From IMG/VR virus record IMGVR_UViG_3300031565_013700: a DNA stretch of 24,199 nt, one strand, 5' to 3'. The notes beneath the pieces are model-generated. The model did not search any database and was not told the DNA's origin. It worked only from the letters and a program-made list of their open reading frames with translations. Position numbers and translations under genes: made by a program. Below, one piece after another: positions 14,504-22,179 of this stretch. Position 1 is the stretch's first letter. Each line of letters starts with the position of its first letter. This DNA is from an uncultured virus (IMG/VR IMGVR_UViG_3300031565_013700) (taxonomy: Duplodnaviria; Heunggongvirae; Uroviricota; Caudoviricetes).

Positions 14504-17500
14504 CTATCCCTCATTAACCTTCACATTCGGGATATAGGGGCCAATGAAATAATCTGGCTTCCTATATTCTTTAGGTGCGTCAAGTTTTTTGAGGACCCTG
14601 GGGTGGTAGACCCATACTTCTTTGGCATCGCCGAATTGCCGTTTCCACTCCTCGTCGTTGAGCCCATGTTCTTGTCTCATTTCAGTTCTGACTTTTTCAG
14701 CTGACAATGGCCCTTCTGGGAAACCCTCAACATAGAACCCAAACACCATATCGCCTCCGAGGAGGTAAATCGCTTGTTTGGCGTATTCCTGGTATGGCTT
14801 ATTTCGAACTATTATTTTGCTCTCCCCCGAGGCGATCCTGGCCGCCGTCTCGGGTGCAAACCGGGCCCCCGGGTTTCCTGGGTTTAACTGGAGCTCGGCG
14901 CCATCGTGTAGAGCTTGGATATTCGGCGCGATTTCCTTCAAGGTGTTATTCAGTTCTTCATGGGTTTTTCCTATGTGGCCTATCTGGGTAAAGAAAATCT
15001 GTGGGATATCCGCTTCTTTTGCCCATTCTATCTGCTTCTCCATGGAGATGTGCTGATCCCCAATGTTTCGATTGAGCTGGGCGCCATCACCGATATAGAC
15101 GTCGACGCCCTTCAGATTCTTTTCTCGGTGGGGTATATTGAAGACATCGCTTACATGAAAAACAGTGGTGCCACTAACATTTATTTTGAAAGCTAAGGCA
15201 GAGGGTTGTCCTTCACTTGTATGGGCTACCATGGTGGGTTCGACAGTAAAACCACCGAGTTTCACGGTTTTATCTATTGGAAGCACGCGCCTCTCGAAAT
15301 CGTAGAGTTTATCGAAGTCCTCTTTTTGGCCACTTAAAGCCCTGTAGTGTCTACGGAAATAATCCCAGATCGGTTTTGATGTCAAGACTATGGGCTTGAT
15401 GCCTCTGAGTTCATGCAAGCCTCCGATGGCATCTTCGTGAACATGATCTATCAGAACGTATCGTGGTTTCAGTTTTTTTTGCCCGAGCATTGTGGCGATT
15501 CCCTTGGGTGCATTTACCAGGAGATGTTCGTTGCCTACAGTGAACATGGTCGACGTATAATTGCGCCTGCTTTCCCCACCTCGTCTCCATTCCTCGCATT
15601 GTCGACAGCCATCACGAGGCATCCCAGCAAAAGCACCAGTCCCTAGGGCGGTTACGAAGGCTCGGCCACCATATTTATGGGTCGTGCTTTCTCTGAATTG
15701 CCTTAGGTGACGGGCATCCTTTAAATCTCGACGCGGGATTCCAGCAGTTGTCATCCAACTCTCTATGGTACTTCTAGGCTTACCCACGAGATCGGCAATT
15801 TCTTGCGTGCTTTTTCCCATGCCCCAGTATTGATGACCAATGTATTCCTCGGCGGTCATGCCATATTTATGAATCCGCCCCTTCTTGATATCGAGTTTTC
15901 CGAAAGTCACTTCTGTCGGAATGCAGGTGACACAGGCGCCTTTAGGCACGACAGCCAAGCCAACGCATTCGCCTCCCAATACATGCTCATGTTTGTGTTC
16001 TGGATCCCATACAGTTTCGGGGATGACTTCTATGCTGAAGGCAGGCAGTTTCTTCTCGAGGATGAGCTTGATGCCCTGAGGATGCCATATTACGCCCTCA
16101 ACCCAACCCCAGCCTGTCTTCTGGTCGACCCAGACTTTGTTGACGAAACCAATGACATCACCTTTGAGATCTCCATGGAGAACGACGATCGGCTGCCGGT
16201 ACATAGAAGGCCAGAATTTCGCTATACCTTCACGGGTGAAATAACTTGGTCTGCCATCCATTGGCAATACTTCGCCGGGTTTGATAGCCGGCCCTTTTAG
16301 GAATAGCAGTTCTCCAACCTGGTTGATTTCCATATCCGTGGCTTCTAGGTGCAGAACACCCGTGCGCTCACACATGGTTGAGCAGCTGGCTGATTGGAGA
16401 AGCATGGCCTTCTTTTCTTCTGAGATGGAGGTAGGGCTGAAAGTCCACATGTCGCTGCTTTCTTTGATGAAGACAAAGGTCCCGTTAAGTTTCCTTCCGT
16501 TCAATTTGAGATGCAGTTGGCTTTCGCTGTCTTTTGTTATCTGAGCAGAACCGGAGTCACTCGTATCGAAATTATTCTTCAGCTTCTGGGTTTGACTTGC
16601 TGGGTGTGTGGAAGGAAGTTCTCCGGTTTCTTTGAGTAGCTGATCCATTTCCTTGGATTCGCGTCGACGGGCCAATATGGCACCACCTTCCAATGGATCA
16701 TTATCTTGTCCGAAGTCCCAGGCGTCGAGGACCTTGTTTCCGCTGTATAGCAGCAGCCAGTATCTTGTCACAGGCAGGCCGCGCTGAACTTCCGGCCCTT
16801 TGTGCCAGACTCTCTTAACTGCGAACTGGAGGCCTGGAGAAAGTTTCAGTGAAGTCCTTCTCTTGCCAATGTCATCCACCAATTGATCCCGCACTGCCTT
16901 CGCGTTTTTGGCACGCCAATATTGTCGATCCTTGGGAATCTGTACTTTTACATTCTGAGGCAGAGCCGAGATTCCTGAAGGCGGCATCCAGCTCTGATTA
17001 AGCGCTCTTCTACTGATGGTGTATGGGGTTTCTCCCGATTTTGAGAAGAAGGTTAACCAGGCGAAACTCTCCTTGGTTCTCCACTCGGGACGTGTGGCAA
17101 GTTTTCGGACGATCATTCGGCGGTTCTTTATTCTCTCTCCGTCAAGCCAGTATTCGTGGAAATAGGATTTCTGGGCTCCGAATTGGCAGCGGCCTTTATC
17201 CATGATGACCATGATGCCACCCAATTCACTGGTAGCTCCCACGGCGCCGGCGGGGATATTTCTCTCATAGTCCAGCCAGGCGACGCTCATCGGATGCTTG
17301 ATCTGCGTTAGGATCTTTTTGTTGGGGTCCTCGAGGATGGTTTCCGCTTCCTCTTTCCACAGTTCGTCAAGCATCTGGTGTATGGTTTTTGCATCCAGGG
17401 CCTCGATTTTTTTGCTGAAGGCTTCTCTTAGCTGTCTTCCTTCTGAGCTGCTGTTCAGTTTGGCTGAGATTTCTTTTATCGGTTTTTGCAGGTCCTCGGC

Positions 17501-20500
17501 CGTTATTCCGGCTTTTTCGCGTAGACTTGGAGATGTTCTCTTAAGCATAGGTTTTATGAGGCTCTTCCCCAGATCCCAGGTCCAGCCCACTAACTGGCTT
17601 TTGCTTATCTGGCATCTGAAATCTCCATGGACACTTAATCCCCGTATGTGAAACTGGATCACGTACTTCCATTCCTGTCCCTCGTCGGGGTATGTCAGGT
17701 ATAGGTTCTCTGCAGGCGCTAATCGCTTAAGTGGCACTATGCCGCCGCAAGACAGAGTCATGCATTCGTGTGGCATGTCCTTTATGGACTCGTAGAAGGC
17801 GGCGAACTCTGCAGGTCGTATCTCGGCTTTGGTTTCAGGGTTCTCTGAGTATAGAGTAACTTCGCCCACGGCGAAATCTCTGATAGTTGGGAAGTGAGTT
17901 AACTGAAGATATATGCCGTTTTCAGCGGCTTCCTCGTAAATTTCTCGCTCAGTCTCTGATAAAACTAGGCGCTCCACTCCAAGTTCCTTTAATTGAGACC
18001 ATATGTTTTCGTTATTCTGCAGATAGACGAACCCCAGGCTTTCCATGTCTGGAACAGCGATCCATGGCGAACGGCAGCAGGTTATCGGCGACTCCATGTC
18101 CATCCTAGCCGACACCAGGTAAGCTTCTTTTCTCACCCCACCTTCAATCTTGATCTGCCCATTTACGACATCCCAGGATACGGCCTGAGTTTTCTGCTGC
18201 TGCTGACTTGTCTTGTAAATGGTTTCCGCCGTTTCGAGAGGATCTGGGCTAGTTTTATCCTCACGCTTCTCGAGGACCTGGGGGTGGAACCAGTGGAATA
18301 CCTGGTCACTGATTTTCCCGACGTTTTTCATGGTGACCCGGATTATATCCCCAATATCCGCGACAATCTTAGTGTTGAAGGTCTTTCCAACAATTGTGTA
18401 AACCTTCCCCTTATGTTTGACGAAAGCACCATAATTCTTGATGTCCACGGGAACTGTTTCTAGTTTCGCTTCCTTGGGTGGCGTCACCGGTCCGATTGCC
18501 CCCAGATAGGTGTGTGTTCCACCCTCTTTCCTCACACCAACTACGAGGGCATCTATCTCGAAGCTGGTTTTCATCTTGCTCCATAAAGGCGTGCTTCCGG
18601 TGAGTCTGTATTTTGAATCCGCTTCCTTGAACATGGCCCCCTCGCTACCAGAGACCTTGCTAACTTCCTCTGCGAATTTAATCATCTGCTCTGCGGAGGT
18701 GGCCCAGTTAACGTTGTTCTCCCATAGTTTTGTGCGGAAGCTGTCCATGCTCTTTGGGACGTCCCGGATTGGTAGCTCCAGACCCCGGAGCCGTTTTCGA
18801 CGATCCTCGTATGATAAATTATGGATGTCCTCACCATCGATGTAGAGTATGTCGAAGACGTGGAGGGCCCAGCGGCTATCATCCACAGCTTTCGTTGCTC
18901 CCACAGCAAAAGCCGGGACTGCACCTTGCCGGCCTAGATTAGTTAGATCTTCGCCGTATGGTGTAGCCTCAGTATCTAAGACGAAGCTCTTGGCTGGAAT
19001 CGTTTTGACGCTCTCTGCTACACTAGGAATATTTTCTGTTATCTCATGACCAGACTCTGTGAAGAGCCTTACTTGGTCTCCGTTTCTGTGCGCTTGGACC
19101 CTGAAGCCATCGATCTTGACTTCAGTGGATTGCTTCGAGGGCACAGTGAACAGGTCCTTAGCGAGATCCCCGACTGATTTGATGCCGAATACTTCCTTTT
19201 GGCTGTAGCCTTTTTTGGTGGTCTTCAGCTGGGCATACGGATACCCCGGTTCGATTCTCTGACGCTTGGTCATCAAATTGAACCGGGCGGCCGCCGCCTT
19301 TGACTCCCATTTACCGCTGTCGACCAGCTCTTTAATCTGCGCGTCGGCACCTTCAGCTAACTTATAGGTTTCCTCCGGATCGTAGAGAAGCCATTGTGCT
19401 TTGCCATCATTCGGGTATGGCGCCAGTCCAGGAATCAGCAGATAGGGTCCGTTTTCTCCCTCGAGAAAGTCTATGGCATCCTTTCTATTAGAAAAATATT
19501 TGGACTTACTACGCTTGACATGTTCACTTTCAGGTAATTTGTAGAGGAAATGTTTCCTTATTTCCGCCGGCTGCCTGATGTGCTGCGATTCTCTCCACCA
19601 AGGCATGTCAATAGCTCGGAATACCGGAGCCCCGTCTTCTCGGACGATGAAACCATCCAAGATAAAGGTGGTTGGATCCTCGATTTTTGATAATTCCGTG
19701 GAGATCGGTTCAGGTAAATCCACTTCCTCGAGGTCCTTGTCGAATCCCATAATCACACCTTCTTTTCGATGGATTGTGACACGCATGCCCTCACAGGGTT
19801 CAACATAGTAGCTGTCCTCAAACAATTCCCGAGGATCGCTGAGTCGTTGATTTGGCGTCGCGGGCAATATTGGACTAAGGGGCGAGATCTCAAACTTGGG
19901 TTCCTTCAAATTCAAGGCTTTCGTGGGAATAGCCCATAGTTCATAGGCCGGCACATAGGGGCCACCAGGTCCACTGCTTTCCCATACTAGATCAAGTTTT
20001 TCTCTAAGCCCAGAATCCAAGGTCTCCAGAAGCATCTTTTTATAATGTTCGTTTGGAGGGCATTTCAGCATGAGATCTATGTCAGCAGGATCTTCTTTCA
20101 GCACTGCACTGCCCACAAAACTGATGAATTCGGGATCCAATAGCACAGGTCTTCGAGCAAAGGTAGGCGCTGATAATTCTAGAACGGAGGCCTCTATCGG
20201 AGTTTTGTGTTCTTTACCTGTATCAAAAGCCCGTTTTGCCATCTCTTCTACGATGAGATTATGAAGTTTTCTAAGTTCCTGTTTTGTGAGGAAGAGGTTC
20301 TTTTTATCCTTTAGAGCTTTCTCCCATAAATGACACCATCTATGATCATCTATAAGTTGAGCTCTATCCCAATCACCAAGACGGGAAGGGTTTTCTAAGA
20401 TCTCTTTGGCATCCTCTTTTGTGAGCAGTTTCTTGACGACCAGTTTCTTTTCTGCATCCTCCATCGGATTATTCCAAACCCACTCACTGTACAGCTCAAT

Positions 20501-20668
20501 TGTTTCGTCTAACCTCCCCGCTGCAAGCAACTCCATGATGTGACTGTCACCGCCCTCGATTTTGCGCCGTATCCAAGCACAGTAAGCTGCGGGATCTGAG
20601 GGGGGATTCTTTCTATGGCTCACCACTCGGATGCAATGGTCAAAATTCTTGAAAGGTCCGAAGGGCAT
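14504..20668 (-). CDS. 2054-aa multidomain protein: prohead protease fused to ATP-dependent DNA ligase, LigD-type phosphoesterase, nucleotidyltransferase, MBL hydrolase and others
   Basis: NTase FVGSAV...DID (about 19920-20150). Ligase EVKIDGFR, VLDTE, VFDIL, EGAMFK, WSKMK plus OB fold (about 18240-19260). Phosphoesterase YVIQFHIRGLSVHGDFR (about 17045-17670). Protease PIVVLH...IGFV...AFSIE...GLAVVPKGAC (about 15920-16310). HTH (about 15720-15850). MBL ALGTG...HVHED (about 14890-15660). The start overlaps the portal stop (TAATG). Confidence 0.85.
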   Translation of the reverse strand: MPFGPFKNFDHCIRVVSHRKNPPSDPAAYCAWIRRKIEGGDSHIMELLAAGRLDETIELYSEWVWNNPMEDAEKKLVVKKLLTKEDAKEILENPSRLGDWDRAQLIDDHRWCHLWEKALKDKKNLFLTKQELRKLHNLIVEEMAKRAFDTGKEHKTPIEASVLELSAPTFARRPVLLDPEFISFVGSAVLKEDPADIDLMLKCPPNEHYKKMLLETLDSGLREKLDLVWESSGPGGPYVPAYELWAIPTKALNLKEPKFEISPLSPILPATPNQRLSDPRELFEDSYYVEPCEGMRVTIHRKEGVIMGFDKDLEEVDLPEPISTELSKIEDPTTFILDGFIVREDGAPVFRAIDMPWWRESQHIRQPAEIRKHFLYKLPESEHVKRSKSKYFSNRKDAIDFLEGENGPYLLIPGLAPYPNDGKAQWLLYDPEETYKLAEGADAQIKELVDSGKWESKAAAARFNLMTKRQRIEPGYPYAQLKTTKKGYSQKEVFGIKSVGDLAKDLFTVPSKQSTEVKIDGFRVQAHRNGDQVRLFTESGHEITENIPSVAESVKTIPAKSFVLDTEATPYGEDLTNLGRQGAVPAFAVGATKAVDDSRWALHVFDILYIDGEDIHNLSYEDRRKRLRGLELPIRDVPKSMDSFRTKLWENNVNWATSAEQMIKFAEEVSKVSGSEGAMFKEADSKYRLTGSTPLWSKMKTSFEIDALVVGVRKEGGTHTYLGAIGPVTPPKEAKLETVPVDIKNYGAFVKHKGKVYTIVGKTFNTKIVADIGDIIRVTMKNVGKISDQVFHWFHPQVLEKREDKTSPDPLETAETIYKTSQQQQKTQAVSWDVVNGQIKIEGGVRKEAYLVSARMDMESPITCCRSPWIAVPDMESLGFVYLQNNENIWSQLKELGVERLVLSETEREIYEEAAENGIYLQLTHFPTIRDFAVGEVTLYSENPETKAEIRPAEFAAFYESIKDMPHECMTLSCGGIVPLKRLAPAENLYLTYPDEGQEWKYVIQFHIRGLSVHGDFRCQISKSQLVGWTWDLGKSLIKPMLKRTSPSLREKAGITAEDLQKPIKEISAKLNSSSEGRQLREAFSKKIEALDAKTIHQMLDELWKEEAETILEDPNKKILTQIKHPMSVAWLDYERNIPAGAVGATSELGGIMVIMDKGRCQFGAQKSYFHEYWLDGERIKNRRMIVRKLATRPEWRTKESFAWLTFFSKSGETPYTISRRALNQSWMPPSGISALPQNVKVQIPKDRQYWRAKNAKAVRDQLVDDIGKRRTSLKLSPGLQFAVKRVWHKGPEVQRGLPVTRYWLLLYSGNKVLDAWDFGQDNDPLEGGAILARRRESKEMDQLLKETGELPSTHPASQTQKLKNNFDTSDSGSAQITKDSESQLHLKLNGRKLNGTFVFIKESSDMWTFSPTSISEEKKAMLLQSASCSTMCERTGVLHLEATDMEINQVGELLFLKGPAIKPGEVLPMDGRPSYFTREGIAKFWPSMYRQPIVVLHGDLKGDVIGFVNKVWVDQKTGWGWVEGVIWHPQGIKLILEKKLPAFSIEVIPETVWDPEHKHEHVLGGECVGLAVVPKGACVTCIPTEVTFGKLDIKKGRIHKYGMTAEEYIGHQYWGMGKSTQEIADLVGKPRSTIESWMTTAGIPRRDLKDARHLRQFRESTTHKYGGRAFVTALGTGAFAGMPRDGCRQCEEWRRGGESRRNYTSTMFTVGNEHLLVNAPKGIATMLGQKKLKPRYVLIDHVHEDAIGGLHELRGIKPIVLTSKPIWDYFRRHYRALSGQKEDFDKLYDFERRVLPIDKTVKLGGFTVEPTMVAHTSEGQPSALAFKINVSGTTVFHVSDVFNIPHREKNLKGVDVYIGDGAQLNRNIGDQHISMEKQIEWAKEADIPQIFFTQIGHIGKTHEELNNTLKEIAPNIQALHDGAELQLNPGNPGARFAPETAARIASGESKIIVRNKPYQEYAKQAIYLLGGDMVFGFYVEGFPEGPLSAEKVRTEMRQEHGLNDEEWKRQFGDAKEVWVYHPRVLKKLDAPKEYRKPDYFIGPYIPNVKVNEG

Positions 20669-22179
20669 TATTCACCCTCCTCCTCTTCTTCATCTTCATC
20701 ATCATCTAATGCCCCGCTTTTTCCCTGCTTCATGAGCCAATACTGTTCCTCGATCAGGGAATCCAATCTATCTGCTTCCTCGTTCTGATTTGGCTTTTTG
20801 TTGTTGGGGAGTTCTGGAATGCCGGGGATTCTCTGAAGAGGTTTCCGATATTCGGGGAAACCCAACTCATCCCGGACCCAGGGCTCATCCTTATCGACCA
20901 CTTTGCGATCTATTGCGTCATAGATGGACTGTCGAATCTGTTGCTGATCAAGAGTTGTAAGTGGTGCGAACTCGAGGCGCGGATATTCGTCAACTGGCCA
21001 GTTAAGATCCACGATCATCCTCAGCAGATCATTGATGACATCCATGAGCTCCATTCGGAAATCCTCAAAACGCATGAAGATTATATCGAGGGGAACCTTT
21101 GGACCGTAGGTGCCGCCACCACCCTCAAACAGCCTTTGCCCAATGAGCATACGCCTTAGTATCATCTCATCATGATATCGGATGTATTGATCAAAGGGCA
21201 TTTCTTTTCTCTTTGATTCAAGAACCTCAATTTTGGTCGGATCCTTGTCATCGCGTTTGACTATGACTGCCTGGCTGCGTGCGTAGAGGTGCTCAATGGC
21301 TTCACCTATCTTTGCCATATCCTGGACATTTTGTGCTGTACCGAGTAGGATAGGCGAACCAAATCGTTCGTAGGCGATGTTTGCGAATTTGAGCATGGTG
21401 TCTTTGATGTACCAGTTCTTGTAGCATCCCTTTAGGAGTGCATTACCATACCAGTTACCGTGGCGTTTTTCGTGGCTCCAGATTAGACATCTTTCAAGCG
21501 GTAGGTCAATACCTCCTGTTCCCAAGGTATCGTAATATCGCACTGGTTGATCTGTGAGATAGCCATATTGCTGAATCTTTAGTAAGTTTCCATACGCATC
21601 ACTGAAAAATCGTATTCTTTCAGGATCAAAGGTTTTCAAACCATTAACATGGCGTGGCAGCCACCAACCATTATACTCATCGAAGACAACTTCTGTGACA
21701 GAAGAGCCAAAGATAATAGCCTTCATCATTTCCTTCATGGCTTCTCTGAATGAAGGGTACCGTAAGTTACGAAGGGATTTAGTTAAATAATCGACTAATT
21801 TCTCATCTTTATGACGGATTCTCCAGGGCTTCATGAGGACGCCCATCTGGATGAGATCAAATCCAGCTATCACTTGGGCATCATAATCAGACATTTTCTT
21901 GTATTCGTCGTAGCCTATTGTATCGGGGTTATAATCACCTGAAGCAAGATTCAGCCAGCGATCCCGATATTGGCCGACATCTTCATTTAGAAGCTGCCGG
22001 TTCTGAGCCTCAACTCTTTGCAGCCTTAAAGTAAGTTCGGCATTAACATTTTGAGCAGTGCTGAACATCTGGTCTTCCAGGGTCTGGAGTTCTTGGATGT
22101 AATTGGGGAAAAACCATCTTGCTAGACGGCTTTCCTGTAATTTTTTACTTGGTTTGCTAAAATTTTCTACTTCTCCCAT
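20668..22179 (-). CDS. Portal protein (Mu gp29/DUF935-like)
   Basis: AIIFGSSVTEVV, GNWYGNALLKGCYKNWYIK...YERFGSP, YPRLEF, WVRDELGFP; directly after the terminase. Preferred start is ATG 22179 after GGGAG; the track gives TTG 22212. Confidence 0.9.
   Translation of the reverse strand: MGEVENFSKPSKKLQESRLARWFFPNYIQELQTLEDQMFSTAQNVNAELTLRLQRVEAQNRQLLNEDVGQYRDRWLNLASGDYNPDTIGYDEYKKMSDYDAQVIAGFDLIQMGVLMKPWRIRHKDEKLVDYLTKSLRNLRYPSFREAMKEMMKAIIFGSSVTEVVFDEYNGWWLPRHVNGLKTFDPERIRFFSDAYGNLLKIQQYGYLTDQPVRYYDTLGTGGIDLPLERCLIWSHEKRHGNWYGNALLKGCYKNWYIKDTMLKFANIAYERFGSPILLGTAQNVQDMAKIGEAIEHLYARSQAVIVKRDDKDPTKIEVLESKRKEMPFDQYIRYHDEMILRRMLIGQRLFEGGGGTYGPKVPLDIIFMRFEDFRMELMDVINDLLRMIVDLNWPVDEYPRLEFAPLTTLDQQQIRQSIYDAIDRKVVDKDEPWVRDELGFPEYRKPLQRIPGIPELPNNKKPNQNEEADRLDSLIEEQYWLMKQGKSGALDDDEDEEEEEGE

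Noticed and set aside
7125..22169. Genome-wide TAG reassignment
   Set aside because: TAG stops at 7125, 10859, 11254 and 22167 are followed by out-of-frame genes and end proteins at sensible lengths. Only 14504 is in frame with the next gene.
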